Part shown: positions 1 through 9,600 of the stretch, one piece after another
How positions within the stretch are numbered: the stretch's first letter is position 1
Layout: each line of letters opens with the position of its first letter
Source: Pseudomonadota bacterium
GTDB lineage: Bacteria > Pseudomonadota > Alphaproteobacteria > CACIAM-22H2
Direction of reading: 5' to 3'
Length of the DNA stretch: 64,000 nucleotides
Assembly: GCA_052387815.1 (NCBI GenBank)
Contig: JBQTIU010000049.1
Span: forward strand, 1,670-65,669
The notes under the pieces: model-generated
Told to the model about the DNA's origin: nothing
The model's database searches: none
The model's input: the letters and a program-made list of their open reading frames with translations, nothing else
Translations under genes and position numbers: made by a program

Positions 1-121
1 GCCATCGCCCATGGCAATGCCGACCGCCTTTTCGGCGCCGGGGTCGGGAAATAAAACCGGAATTGACCGCCCTCGACGCGGCGCCCGAATCGAATAGACT
101 CGGGACCCCTCGAAGGCCCTC

Positions 122-1339
122 ATGGCCGTCCCCGGCCGTGAGTCGCGCGGGGCCAAGGGAGCGGCCGTGGGCGGAGGAAGGAAATCGCAAGGCGATGCGC
201 TCTTGCCCGGCCTGGCGGGCAAGGCGCCGGCGCTGCTTAAGACCGGCATCCTGCCCGCCCAAGCCTACCGCGAGTTCATCCGTCGGGGCCGGATCGCCGC
301 CATCGCCGAGATCGGCGAGGAACAGATCCAGCCGGCCAGCCTCGACCTGCGGCTGGGGAAGGTCGCGTTCCGGGTGCGCGCGAGCTTTCTTCCCGGGCCC
401 AAATCGAGCGTCCAGGACAAGCTCGATCTGCTGACCATGCACAAGATCGACCTGGCGGCGGGCGCGGTTCTCGAGCGGGGCTGCGTGTACGTCGTCCCGC
501 TGATGGAACACCTCAAGTTGCCGGCAGAGTTCGGCGGCTCGGCCAATCCCAAGAGCACGACCGGGCGCCTCGACATCTTCACCCGCCTCTTGACCGACCG
601 CGCCGCCGAGTTCGAAAAGATCCGCAAGGGCTACAAGGGTCCGCTCTACGCCGAGGTCAGCCCGCGGACCTTCAGCGTCCTCGTGCGACCGGGCGTGTCC
701 TTGAACCAGATGCGCCTGGCGCGGGGCGAGCCGCCATCCACCGACAAATCCATCGCCGAGCTGGATCGGGACCTCGGCTTGGTCTATTCGGACCTCGAGA
801 CCCCCGGCGAAGCGATCATCGACCGCGGCTTGCGCATCTCGATCGACCTCGCGGGCGGCGGGCGCGGCGAACTGATCGGCTACCGGGCGCGCCACCACGC
901 CCCGCTCATCGACCTGTCCAAGATCGATTTCTACGATCCGGCGGAATTCTGGGAGCCGATCCATCCCGACTCGGGCCGGACCCTGGTCCTCAACCCGGGC
1001 GATTTCTACATCCTGGCGTCGAAGGAGTTGATCCGCGTGCCGCCCGCCTACGCGGCCGAAATGGTGCCCTACGACGCCGCAGTCGGCGAGTTCCGGATCC
1101 ATTATGCCGGGTTCTTCGACCCCGGGTTCGGCTACGGCAAGGCCGATATCGCGGGAACGCGCGCCGTGCTCGAAGTCCGCTCGCACGAGGTCCCATTCCT
1201 GCTCGAGGACGGGCAGATCGTCGGCCGCCTGATCTACGCGCGCCTCGCCAGCGTCCCCGACAAGATCTACGGCGCCGGGATCGGCTCGTCCTACCAGCGC
1301 CAGGGCCTGGCGCTGAGCAGGCAGTTCAAGCGCGGCTGA
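122..1339 (+). CDS. 2'-deoxycytidine 5'-triphosphate deaminase, long DCD-type (housekeeping)
   Basis: 405-aa ORF. Motifs QIQPASLDLRLG, ANPKSTTGRLDIFTRLL and YKGPLYAEVSPRTFSVLVR are typical of the long alphaproteobacterial DCD family. Conservation begins near aa 40, so the true start may be downstream of ATG 122 (e.g. in-frame TTG 203). Confidence 0.8.
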   Translation: MAVPGRESRGAKGAAVGGGRKSQGDALLPGLAGKAPALLKTGILPAQAYREFIRRGRIAAIAEIGEEQIQPASLDLRLGKVAFRVRASFLPGPKSSVQDKLDLLTMHKIDLAAGAVLERGCVYVVPLMEHLKLPAEFGGSANPKSTTGRLDIFTRLLTDRAAEFEKIRKGYKGPLYAEVSPRTFSVLVRPGVSLNQMRLARGEPPSTDKSIAELDRDLGLVYSDLETPGEAIIDRGLRISIDLAGGGRGELIGYRARHHAPLIDLSKIDFYDPAEFWEPIHPDSGRTLVLNPGDFYILASKELIRVPPAYAAEMVPYDAAVGEFRIHYAGFFDPGFGYGKADIAGTRAVLEVRSHEVPFLLEDGQIVGRLIYARLASVPDKIYGAGIGSSYQRQGLALSRQFKRG

Positions 1340-1345
1340 AGGCCG

Positions 1346-1966
1346 TCAGGCCGGCACCGCCATGCCGCGTGCCGCCGCCGGGCGCGCGGCGATGGCCTCG
1401 AACCAGCGCTTGACGTGCGGGAATTCAGCCAGCGCCACGCCGTGAACCTCGTAGCGCGCCACCCAGGGAAAGGTGGCGATGTCGGCGATGGAATAGGCAT
1501 CGCCGGCGAGGTAGGGCTGGTCGGTCAGGCGCCGGTCCATGACCCCGTAGAGCCGGGCCGTTTCCTTGCCGTAGCGCTGGATCGCGTAAGGCACTTTTTC
1601 CGGCGCGAAACGCATGAAGTGATGGGCCTGGCCGAAGATCGGCCCGACGTTGCCCATCTGGAACATGAGCCATTGCAGGGCGGTGTAGCGACGGCGCGGG
1701 TCCGCGGCCAGCAGCTTGCCGGTCTTGTCGGCGAGGTAGATGAGGATCGCCCCCGACTCGAACAGCGCGATCTTCTGCCCGCCCGGGCCCTCGGGATCGA
1801 CGATCGCCGGAATCTTGCTGTTGGGGCTGATGGCGATGAAATGCGGCGTGAACTGGTCGCCCTTGGAGATGTCGATCTTGTGCACCGCATAGGGAAGCCC
1901 GACTTCCTCGAGCATCACCGAGACTTTGCGGCCGTTGGGGGTCGACCAGGTGTAGAGATCGATCAT
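1346..1966 (-). CDS. glutathione S-transferase (YfcG/YghU-like)
   Basis: Internal start MIDLYTWSTPNGRKVSVMLEEVGLPY... (CAT at 1964-1966). Typical GST N-terminal thioredoxin fold plus C-terminal helical domain. Lies 10 nt downstream of the preceding GST. Confidence 0.85.
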   Translation of the reverse strand: MIDLYTWSTPNGRKVSVMLEEVGLPYAVHKIDISKGDQFTPHFIAISPNSKIPAIVDPEGPGGQKIALFESGAILIYLADKTGKLLAADPRRRYTALQWLMFQMGNVGPIFGQAHHFMRFAPEKVPYAIQRYGKETARLYGVMDRRLTDQPYLAGDAYSIADIATFPWVARYEVHGVALAEFPHVKRWFEAIAARPAAARGMAVPA

Positions 1967-1976
1967 CGCGCAGGCG

Positions 1977-2765
1977 TCATGCCGCGATGCGATCCGCGGT
2001 GGGCATGATCGTGTAGGGATGCGCGGCGCCCGGCAGGGCCAGGATGCGCTCGGCCCAGTCGCGGACATTGGGCCGACGCGCGATGTCGAAACCGCCTTCT
2101 TCGGCCGTCGCCACCCAGGGATAGATGGCGATGTCGGCGATGGTCGGCTCGGGCCCGGCGATGAACTTGCTCGACCCCAGGTGCCGGTCGAGCACGTCGA
2201 GCGCCGCCTCGCCGCGGGCGCGGGCGAAGGCGACTACCGCCGGATCGGTGTCCTTGAAAAACTGGGTGAAAGCGCGGGTCCAGCCCACCCCGCTCGCCAT
2301 GCGGTCCTGGTCCCAGGCGAGCCACTCGGCGATCCTGAGCTTCTCGGCCGGCGAGCGGCCGCCGAACTTGCCGAAGGCGTCGGCGAGATGGCCCAAGATC
2401 ACGTTCGACTGGACGACGAACCGGTCGCCGTGCTGCAGCACTGGCACCTGCCCGTAGCGATTCATCGCCAGGAATTCCGGCGTCTTGTGCTGACGCGCGC
2501 CCATGTCGACATGCCGATAATCGAACGGCACGCCCAGCACGGCCAGCATCAGGCCGACCTTGCACGACGGCAGCGAGCGCGACACGCCATAGAGGACGAG
2601 CTTCTGCGGTTTCTTGGCCGGCGCCTTCCGGGCCGGCGCGGCCCTGGCCACCCGCGCGCCGCGCGGCGCGCGGGCCGCCGATTTCCTCGCCGCCGCCTTG
2701 ATGTTTGGGGTTGCCTTGAGCGTCTTTCCGCGCTTCGCCCCAACTCTTTTCTTCGCTTTCGCCAT
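1977..2765 (-). CDS. glutathione S-transferase with ~55-aa Lys/Ala/Pro-rich N-terminal tail
   Basis: GST core runs from KLVLYGVSRSLPSCKVGLMLAVLGVPFDY to the end. It is preceded by MAKAKKRVGAKRGKTLKATPNIKAAARKSAARAPRGARVARAAPARKAPAKKPQ. The ATG at 2763-2765 has a perfect AGGAGG 6 nt upstream. No ATG/GTG/TTG lies adjacent to the GST core. Confidence 0.8.
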   Translation of the reverse strand: MAKAKKRVGAKRGKTLKATPNIKAAARKSAARAPRGARVARAAPARKAPAKKPQKLVLYGVSRSLPSCKVGLMLAVLGVPFDYRHVDMGARQHKTPEFLAMNRYGQVPVLQHGDRFVVQSNVILGHLADAFGKFGGRSPAEKLRIAEWLAWDQDRMASGVGWTRAFTQFFKDTDPAVVAFARARGEAALDVLDRHLGSSKFIAGPEPTIADIAIYPWVATAEEGGFDIARRPNVRDWAERILALPGAAHPYTIMPTADRIAA

Positions 2766-2795
2766 CTTGTCCTCCTCAATGGAAATCGCGCGGGC

Positions 2796-4244
2796 CTATC
2801 CCGCCAGCTTGCGCTTGAGCGCCTCGTTCGCCAGGGCCGGATTGGCCTTGCCGCCGGTGGTCTTCATCACTTGCCCGACGAACCAGCCGAGGAGCGCCGC
2901 CTTGCCCGACCGGTACTGCGCCACTTTCTCGGCATTGGCCGCCAGCACCTCGTCGATCGCCCGCTCGATGGCGCCCGCATCGGTGACCTGCCGCAGTCCC
3001 TTTTCCTCGACGATGGCCGCCGCCGCCTTGCCGGTTTCGACCATCAGCGCGAACACGTCCTTGGCGATGCGGCCCGAGACGGTTCCGTTCTCGAGCAGGT
3101 CGAGGAGCCCGGCCAAGGCCTGGGCCGACACCGGCGAGCGCGCGATGTCGAGCCCCAGCCGGTTGAGGGCGCCGAACAGCTCGCCGATCACCCAATTGGC
3201 CGCCAGCTTCGCGTCCTTGCGCCCCTTGGCCACGGCCTCGAAGAAGTCCGCCGATTCCTTCTCGGCCACCAGCACCCCGGCGTCGTAGGGCGACAGCCCG
3301 TAGTCGCGCACGAAGCGGTCCTTCTTGGCGTCCGGCAGCTCGGGCAGCCCGGCGCGCAGGCCCTCGACCCACGCCGGGTCGAGCACGAGAGGCAACAGGT
3401 CGGGGTCGGGAAAGTAGCGATAGTCGTGGGCGTGCTCCTTGCTGCGCATCGACCGCGTCACGCCGGCGCCGGCATCGAACAGCCGCGTTTCCTGCCGGAC
3501 CTCGCCCCCGTCCTCGATCAAGGCGACCTGGCGGCGGGCCTCGTGCTCGATCGCCTGCATGACGAAGCGGATCGAGTTCACGTTCTTGATCTCGCAGCGC
3601 GTCCCGTAGGGCGCGCCGGGCCGCCGCACCGAGACGTTGGCGTCGCAGCGCAGCGAGCCCTCTTCCATGTTGCCGTCGCAGGTCCCGAGATAGCGCACGA
3701 TCGCGCGCAGCTTGCGCAAATACGCGCCCGCCTCCTCGCTCGAGCGCAAATCGGGCTCGGAGACGATCTCCATGAGGGCGATGCCCGAGCGGTTGAGATC
3801 GACATAGGTCTTCACGGGATGCTGGTCGTGCATCGACTTGCCGGCGTCCTGCTCGAGGTGCAGGCGGGTGATGCCGACCTCGCGCACCGCGCCGGAGGCC
3901 AGCTCGATCGACACCTTGCCCGGGCCCACCAGCGGCCGCGAGTACTGCGAAATCTGATAGCCGGCCGGCAGGTCGGGATAGAAATAATTCTTGCGGTCGA
4001 AGACCGAGACCAGGTTGATGCTCGCGTCGATGCCGAGCCCGGTCCGTACCGCCTGCTCGACGCAGAACCGATTGATCACCGGCAGCATGCCGGGAAACGC
4101 GGCGTCGAGGAAGCTCACCTGGGTGTTGGGATCGGCGCCGAAGGCCGTGGCCGCGCCCGAGAACAGCTTGGCCTTGGAGATCACCTGGGCGTGGACCTCG
4201 AGCCCGATGATCGTCTCCCAGGGCCCGGTCTTGCCCTCGATCAT
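2796..4244 (-). CDS. gatB: Asp-tRNA(Asn)/Glu-tRNA(Gln) amidotransferase subunit B
   Basis: Starts [21 protein letters not shown] inside the 865-aa ORF. Full-length GatB similarity, including the C-terminal YqeY-like tail. Its ATG overlaps the gatA stop (ATGA at 4241-4244). Confidence 0.95.
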   Translation of the reverse strand: MIEGKTGPWETIIGLEVHAQVISKAKLFSGAATAFGADPNTQVSFLDAAFPGMLPVINRFCVEQAVRTGLGIDASINLVSVFDRKNYFYPDLPAGYQISQYSRPLVGPGKVSIELASGAVREVGITRLHLEQDAGKSMHDQHPVKTYVDLNRSGIALMEIVSEPDLRSSEEAGAYLRKLRAIVRYLGTCDGNMEEGSLRCDANVSVRRPGAPYGTRCEIKNVNSIRFVMQAIEHEARRQVALIEDGGEVRQETRLFDAGAGVTRSMRSKEHAHDYRYFPDPDLLPLVLDPAWVEGLRAGLPELPDAKKDRFVRDYGLSPYDAGVLVAEKESADFFEAVAKGRKDAKLAANWVIGELFGALNRLGLDIARSPVSAQALAGLLDLLENGTVSGRIAKDVFALMVETGKAAAAIVEEKGLRQVTDAGAIERAIDEVLAANAEKVAQYRSGKAALLGWFVGQVMKTTGGKANPALANEALKRKLAG

Positions 4245-5722
4245 GGCGAGCTCCCCTCCCGCGGCGGCCGGCGGCTGAAATTCGCGGCGCTTTCCATGAC
4301 GCCGGCGACGCGCAACAGGGTGGGCTCGTCGAAGGCGCGGGCGACGAGCTGGAGACCGAGCGGCAGGCCGTCCGCCGACAGGCCCGCCGGCACCGAGATG
4401 GCAGGCAACCCGGCGAGGTTGATCGGCACCGTGAACACGTCGTTGAGGTACATGGCGATCGGGTCGTCCATCTGGTCGCCGATCGCGAAGGCGGCCGAGG
4501 GCGCGGTCGGCGTCAGCAGGACATCGCAGGTCTCGAAGGCGCGGGCGAAGTCGCGGGCGATCAGCGCGCGGACCTTCTGGGCCTTGAGGTAATAGGCATC
4601 GTAATAGCCGGCGGACAGCACATAGGTGCCGATCAGGATGCGCCGGCGGACCTCCGCCCCGAATCCTTGCGCGCGCGTGGTCTCGTACATGTCCTCGAGG
4701 CTGTCGCCCGGCACGCGCAGGCCATAGCGCACGCCGTCGTAGCGCGCCAGATTCGACGACGCCTCGGCCGGCGCGATGATGTAATAGGTCGGCAGCGCGT
4801 ACCTGGTGTGCGGCAGGCTGACCTCGATCGGCTCGGCGCCCGCGTCCTCGAGCCACGCGACGCCTTGCCGCCACAGCTTCTCGATCTCCGCCGGCATGCC
4901 GTCCACCCGGTATTCCCGAGGAATCCCGAATTTCAACCCGCGTATGTCCCCGCTCAGCGCCCGCTCGTAGTCGGGCACCGGGGCGGGCACCGAGGTCGAA
5001 TCGCGCCGGTCGTGGCCCGCCATGGCGCCGAGCATGATCGCCGAGTCGCGCACGCTGCGGCACAGCGGCCCGGCCTGGTCGAGCGAGGAGGCGAAGGCGA
5101 CGATGCCGAAGCGCGAGCAGCGGCCGTAGGTCGGCTTGAGGCCGACCAGGCCGCAGAACGCGGCCGGCTGGCGAATCGAGCCGCCGGTGTCGGTCCCGGT
5201 CGCGGCCATCGCCGCCCGCGCCGCGACCGCGGCGGCCGACCCGCCCGACGAGCCGCCGGGAACCAGCGGCCGGTTGTCGCCGGTCCGCCGCCAGGGATTG
5301 CGGACCGGGCCGTAATGGCTCGTCATGTTCGACGAGCCCATCGCGAACTCGTCGAGATTGGCCTTGCCCAGCATCACCGCCCCGGCCCGCCACAGATTGG
5401 CGGTCACGGTCGACTCGTAGGGCGGCTTGAAGCCGTCGAGGATGTGGCTGCCCGCGGTCGTCGCCACGCCCTTGGTGCAGAACAGGTCTTTGACGGCGAT
5501 CGGGATGCCCTCCATGGCGCCGGCCGCGCCGGCCGCCAGCCGCTTGTCCGCCGCCTCGGCCATGGCGAGCGCGCGCTCGGGTGTCTCGGTGATGAAGGCA
5601 TTGAGCGCCCGCGTCGCCGCCATCGCCTCGATATGCGCGTGCGTGAGTTCGCGCGCCGAGAACGTCTTGGCGCGCAAGCCGTCGCGCGCCGCGGCGAGGG
5701 ACAGCTCCGTGAGCGGGCTCAT
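4241..5722 (-). CDS. gatA: Asp-tRNA(Asn)/Glu-tRNA(Gln) amidotransferase subunit A
   Basis: Starts [16 protein letters not shown]. Amidase signature [12 protein letters not shown]. 4-nt overlaps with gatC upstream and gatB downstream. Confidence 0.95.
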   Translation of the reverse strand: MSPLTELSLAAARDGLRAKTFSARELTHAHIEAMAATRALNAFITETPERALAMAEAADKRLAAGAAGAMEGIPIAVKDLFCTKGVATTAGSHILDGFKPPYESTVTANLWRAGAVMLGKANLDEFAMGSSNMTSHYGPVRNPWRRTGDNRPLVPGGSSGGSAAAVAARAAMAATGTDTGGSIRQPAAFCGLVGLKPTYGRCSRFGIVAFASSLDQAGPLCRSVRDSAIMLGAMAGHDRRDSTSVPAPVPDYERALSGDIRGLKFGIPREYRVDGMPAEIEKLWRQGVAWLEDAGAEPIEVSLPHTRYALPTYYIIAPAEASSNLARYDGVRYGLRVPGDSLEDMYETTRAQGFGAEVRRRILIGTYVLSAGYYDAYYLKAQKVRALIARDFARAFETCDVLLTPTAPSAAFAIGDQMDDPIAMYLNDVFTVPINLAGLPAISVPAGLSADGLPLGLQLVARAFDEPTLLRVAGVMESAANFSRRPPREGSSP

Positions 5723-6018
5723 TCGAGCACTTTGGGCACGGTGAAGAAACCGCCCTCGCCCGCTTTCACGGGTTCGGGCGCGTTCAAGAGGATGTCGGCG
5801 GTGGCGGCGCCGTCGCTGACCACGTCGTCGCGTTGCGGCAGCGTCATGGCCACCGCCGCGGCCATCGGTTCGACGGTCGCGGTGTCGAGCTCGGAAAGCT
5901 GCTCGACCCAGTCGAGGATGGCTTGCAGCTCGCCGACCATGCGCCCCAAATCCTCCTCCTTCACCTTGATGCGGGCGAGGGCGGCAATGCGTTGCACGGT
6001 GGCCTTGTCGAGCGCCAT
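5719..6018 (-). CDS. gatC: Asp-tRNA(Asn)/Glu-tRNA(Gln) amidotransferase subunit C
   Basis: 99-aa [27 protein letters not shown]... Typical GatC, first gene of gatCAB. Confidence 0.9.
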   Translation of the reverse strand: MALDKATVQRIAALARIKVKEEDLGRMVGELQAILDWVEQLSELDTATVEPMAAAVAMTLPQRDDVVSDGAATADILLNAPEPVKAGEGGFFTVPKVLE

Positions 6019-6124
6019 GCGCTATTCCTTGATCCCCTCGCAACTCTTGGCGGCGCCTCTATTTCCGGCCTGCCGGCCGGAAGCCCGGGCGGCCGTAAAA
6101 AGCGCCGGACGGTATCACCCGGAC

Positions 6125-6598
6125 ATGCCGATCCGCAACCCTAGCGACATCCGCGACGCGCTCGTCCCGGGCCGGCGCCTGCTCGGCCTCGATGTCGGCG
6201 AAAAGACCATTGGGCTGGCGCTCTCCGATACCACGCTCACCATCGCCTCGCCGCTCCAAACCCTGCGCCGGGGCCGGTTTTCCGGCGACGCCGACGCGAT
6301 CGGCAAGCTCGTCGCCGGGCACGGGATCGGCGGCTTCGTGGTCGGGCTGCCGGTCAACATGAACGGCAGCGAAGGCTCGCGCTGCCAGTCGGTGCGCGCC
6401 TTCGCCCGCAACCTCTTGGCCCGCATCGACCTGCCGCTCGCCTTTTGGGACGAGCGCCTGTCCTCGGTCGCGGTCGCGCGCACGATGCTGGCGGCCGATC
6501 TGTCGCGCGCCCGTCGCGCCCGGCTCGTCGACAAGCTGGCCGCGGCCTACATCCTCCAGGGCTTCCTCGACCGCCTGAAGGCGGCGGGGCGCGCGTGA
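6125..6598 (+). CDS. ruvX: Holliday junction resolvase-like nuclease RuvX/YqgF
   Basis: MPIRNPSDIRDALVPGRRLLGLDVGEKTIGLALSD...GLPVNMNGSEG...DERLSS. YqgF family, divergent from gatC. In-frame start at ATG 6125 of a longer artefactual ORF. Confidence 0.9.
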   Translation: MPIRNPSDIRDALVPGRRLLGLDVGEKTIGLALSDTTLTIASPLQTLRRGRFSGDADAIGKLVAGHGIGGFVVGLPVNMNGSEGSRCQSVRAFARNLLARIDLPLAFWDERLSSVAVARTMLAADLSRARRARLVDKLAAAYILQGFLDRLKAAGRA

Positions 6599-6670
6599 GA
6601 TTTTCCGACGGCCCAGCGGTATTATTGTGTATCCTAGCCGGAGCCGACCGACAACGGAGGGAGAAACGAA

Positions 6671-7720
6671 ATGTCCGGCCAACCGCAGGGATCCGCAAGC
6701 CGCATCGTCCGCCTCTTGGCGCTCGCGCTCGGGCTGTCGCTGGCGGCGGTGGGGACGGTGCCGGCGCAGACGGCGCCGAAATTCACCGCCAAGATCGGCC
6801 ATCTCGAGGCGCCGACCCAGCCGCGCCACCGCGGCCTCGAAAAGGTCGCCGCGCTGGTCAAGGAGCGCACCCATGGCGAGGTCGAGTTCAAGCTGTTCCC
6901 CGCCTCGCAGCTCGGCAATGCACGGCAGATCAACGAGGGCGTCCAGTTCGGCTCGGTCGAGGGGACGGCCATGCCGGCGGCCTTCCTCGGCGGCTTCAAT
7001 CCGACGGTCTCTATCCTCGATATCCCCTACCTCCTGCCCTCCGACCGCGCCCAGGCGCAGCGGCTGCGCGGGGGCGCGTTCGGCCAGGCCATCCTCGACA
7101 GCTTCGCCCAGCGCGGCTTCACCGCGCTCGTGCTGTGGCCGAACGGGCGCAAGCAGATCACCTCGAACAAGCCGCTCGCCTCGCTCGACTCGCTCAAGGG
7201 CCAGCGCTTCCGGGTGATGGACTCGAAAATCCTCATCGAGCAGTTCGGGGCGGTCGGCGCCTCGGCGATCTCCATCCCGTTCGGCGAGCTCTACACGGCG
7301 CTACAGACGGGCGTCGTCGACGGGCAGGAAAACCCGCTCGATACCATCGCCACGATGAAATATTTCGAGGTCCAGAAACACCTGATCGTCACCGAGCATG
7401 GGGCGATGGAGGACGTGGTCCTGTTCAATCCCGGCTGGTGGCGCAGCCTGCCGCCGGGTCACCGCGACGCCATCGCCGGCGCCTTTCGCGAGGTTCGGCC
7501 GGAGGTCGAGCGCAACAAGGAGGCCGACCAGGAGACCGCGCTCGCCGCCATCAAGGGCGCGGGCGTCAACGTGCGGGTGGTCGACGAAGCGGAGCGCGCC
7601 AGGTTCCGCGAGACGATGTATCCGCGCGCCCAGGCCGCCTATATCGAGCGCGCCGGCGCCGAGGGGCAGAGGCTGATCGCCCTTTACGAAAGCGAGCTCC
7701 AAAAACTCGGCCTCAAGTGA
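6671..7720 (+). CDS. dctP: TRAP transporter substrate-binding protein (DctP family)
   Basis: 349 aa with a signal peptide (LLALALGLSLAAVGTVPAQTA). DctP-type motifs (KIGHLEAPTQP, FRVMDS, ALQTGVVDGQENP). GGAGGGAG RBS upstream. Confidence 0.9.
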   Translation: MSGQPQGSASRIVRLLALALGLSLAAVGTVPAQTAPKFTAKIGHLEAPTQPRHRGLEKVAALVKERTHGEVEFKLFPASQLGNARQINEGVQFGSVEGTAMPAAFLGGFNPTVSILDIPYLLPSDRAQAQRLRGGAFGQAILDSFAQRGFTALVLWPNGRKQITSNKPLASLDSLKGQRFRVMDSKILIEQFGAVGASAISIPFGELYTALQTGVVDGQENPLDTIATMKYFEVQKHLIVTEHGAMEDVVLFNPGWWRSLPPGHRDAIAGAFREVRPEVERNKEADQETALAAIKGAGVNVRVVDEAERARFRETMYPRAQAAYIERAGAEGQRLIALYESELQKLGLK

Positions 7721-7768
7721 CACCGACGGCGGTCACCCTTCCCGCCCCCGCACCCCCACCCTTCCCTT

Positions 7769-7812
7769 CCCCGCCCAAGGCGGGGGAGGATTAGGGACGG
7801 GGCCGCCGTCCC
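7769..7812 (+). promoter_or_regulatory. two tandem GC-rich stem-loops in the dctP-dctQ intergenic spacer
   Basis: CCCCGCC-caa-GGCGGGG (7769-7785) and GGGACGG-ggccg-CCGTCCC (7794-7812). Each has a perfect 7-bp stem. They lie between the SBP and permease genes of one operon. Confidence 0.5.
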
Positions 7813-7819
7813 CTCGCCG

Positions 7820-8317
7820 ATGATCGAGCCGGTCCTCGCCGCCTTGCGCCTTGCCGAACGCGGCTGCCTCGCCGCGCTGATGATCGCCATGTCGGCGCTT
7901 TACACCTTCAACGTCGCCGTTCGTTTCCTCGTTCCCTCGCTGTCCTTCGCCTTCGCCTGGATCGACGAGGCGACGCTGTTCGCGCTCGCCTGGTCGGTGT
8001 TCCTCGGCCTCGGCCTCGCCCTCGAGCGCGGCCGCCACATCGCGCTCACCCGGCTCCTGGACGGGCTGGCGCGGGGCCCGCGGCGCCGGCTCATAGCGCT
8101 CATCAACCTCACCGGCCTCCTCTTCAGTCTCTACATCGCCAAGCTCGGCCTCGACATCACGCTGTTCGTGCTCGCCAGCGGCCAGACCAGCCCGACGCTC
8201 AACGTCTCGATGGCCTGGCTCTATGCGGCGGTGCCGATCGGGTTCGCGCTGTTGGGCCTGCGCTATCTCCTCGCGCTCGTCGGCCGCGGCGACCGCTTCG
8301 CGCTCGAGCACCGCTGA
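7820..8317 (+). CDS. dctQ: TRAP transporter small permease (DctQ family)
   Basis: 165-aa hydrophobic protein between dctP and dctM. Its stop overlaps the dctM ATG (TGATG). Confidence 0.85.
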   Translation: MIEPVLAALRLAERGCLAALMIAMSALYTFNVAVRFLVPSLSFAFAWIDEATLFALAWSVFLGLGLALERGRHIALTRLLDGLARGPRRRLIALINLTGLLFSLYIAKLGLDITLFVLASGQTSPTLNVSMAWLYAAVPIGFALLGLRYLLALVGRGDRFALEHR

Positions 8318-9600
8318 TGCTCGTCGTCCTTTGTTGCCTGTTGGCGGTGGCGATGCTCGCCCTCGGCTTCGAGATGTTCCTGGTGATGAGCGTCCCGAGC
8401 CTGGTGGCGAAATTCGCCTATTACCCGTCCCTGCCGGACATCGTGATCGTCCAGAAAATGGTCGGCGGGGTGAACGTATCGACGCTGCTCGCTATCCCGT
8501 TCTTCATCTTCGCGGCGGACGTGATGGCCAGCGGCACGATCGCCGGCCGGCTCACCGCCCTCGTCCAGCGGCTGGTGGGCCACTATCCCGGCGGCGTCGG
8601 TCACGCCGCGGTCGGTTCGTGCATGGCGTTCGGGTCGGTATGCGGGTCGGCGCCGGCGACGGTCGCGGCGCTCGGTCGGCTGTTGTACCCGGAACTCGTG
8701 CGCGCCGGATACCGCGACAGGTTCGGGCTCGGGCTCGTCGCCGCCAGCGCCGAAACCGCGCTCCTCATCCCACCCAGCATCACTTTGCTGATTTACGGCT
8801 GGCTCACCGGCACCTCGATCAGGGACCTGTTCGCCGGCGGCCTCGTAGTCGGCACCGTCCTCGGGTTCGCCTTCATGGTCCTCGTCCAGTGGGAGACGTG
8901 GCGGAGCGGCGCGCGCCCGGCCCCGGCCCCTGAGCCGGGGCAGCGCCTTGCCGCCCTCGAGGGCGCCGGGCTCGCGCTCGGGCTGCCGCTCATCATCCTC
9001 GGCGGGATCTATTCCGGCGTGTTCACCGCCACCGAGGCGGCGGCGGTGAGCGCGCTCTATGCGCTGTGCGTCGAGATGGGGATCTACCGCTCGTTCGGCC
9101 CGCGCCGGCTGGTGCGGATCGCCGAGCAGAGCGCGGTCACCGTCACCGTCGTCTTCATGCTGCTGGCGGCGGGATCGCTGGTCGCCTATCTCATCACGCT
9201 CGCCGAGGCGCCGAACGCGCTCACCGCGTTCTTGCAGAACCACCAGTTCAACCCCGTCATGTTCCTGTTGGCGGTCAACGTCCTGTTCTTCGTCGCCGGC
9301 ATGTTCATCGATCCCAACTCGATCCTGCTCGTCCTCGTCCCGACCCTGTTCCCGGCGGCCGTGGCGCTGGGCATCGACCCGATCCATTTCGGCCTGGTGG
9401 TGTGCCTCAACATTTGCATCGGCATGATCACGCCGCCCTTCGGGCTCGACCTGTTCGTCGCCTCCTCGACGCTCGATCGGCCGGTCGAGGCGATCGTCGC
9501 CGGCATCTGGCCGTTCGCCGGCGTCAATCTCGTCGTCCTGGCCCTGATCACCTACGTCCCGGAGATATCGACGATCCTGCCGCGCCTGCTGCGCGGCTGA
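8317..9600 (+). CDS. dctM: TRAP transporter large permease (DctM family)
   Basis: 427-aa polytopic membrane protein with typical DctM length and sequence. Confidence 0.9.
   Translation: MLVVLCCLLAVAMLALGFEMFLVMSVPSLVAKFAYYPSLPDIVIVQKMVGGVNVSTLLAIPFFIFAADVMASGTIAGRLTALVQRLVGHYPGGVGHAAVGSCMAFGSVCGSAPATVAALGRLLYPELVRAGYRDRFGLGLVAASAETALLIPPSITLLIYGWLTGTSIRDLFAGGLVVGTVLGFAFMVLVQWETWRSGARPAPAPEPGQRLAALEGAGLALGLPLIILGGIYSGVFTATEAAAVSALYALCVEMGIYRSFGPRRLVRIAEQSAVTVTVVFMLLAAGSLVAYLITLAEAPNALTAFLQNHQFNPVMFLLAVNVLFFVAGMFIDPNSILLVLVPTLFPAAVALGIDPIHFGLVVCLNICIGMITPPFGLDLFVASSTLDRPVEAIVAGIWPFAGVNLVVLALITYVPEISTILPRLLRG

Noticed and set aside
1-54. Possible 3' end of a plus-strand gene (…AIAHGNADRLFGAGVGK*) at the window edge.
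   Set aside because: Only 17 codons are visible and no family can be assigned.
122-1339. dCTP deaminase as an anti-phage nucleotide-depletion gene.
   Set aside because: The sequence belongs to the long housekeeping DCD (dUTPase-fold) family common in alphaproteobacteria. It is not the zinc cytidine-deaminase plus kinase architecture of defensive dCTP deaminases, and there is no defence context.
2019-4592. 857-aa plus-strand ORF. Similar very long ORFs occur at 8263-9387(-), 9066-11327(+), 18012-20372(+), 23928-25898(+), 26823-29015(-), 36401-38560(-), 46266-48323(+), 49467-50975(-) and 57448-59625(-).
   Set aside because: All lie antisense to, or out of frame with, genes that have unambiguous family signatures. 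Their translations are Arg/Ala/Gly/Pro/Asp-rich low-complexity strings with no motifs. This is the expected stop-codon-poor shadow frame of ~70% G+C DNA.
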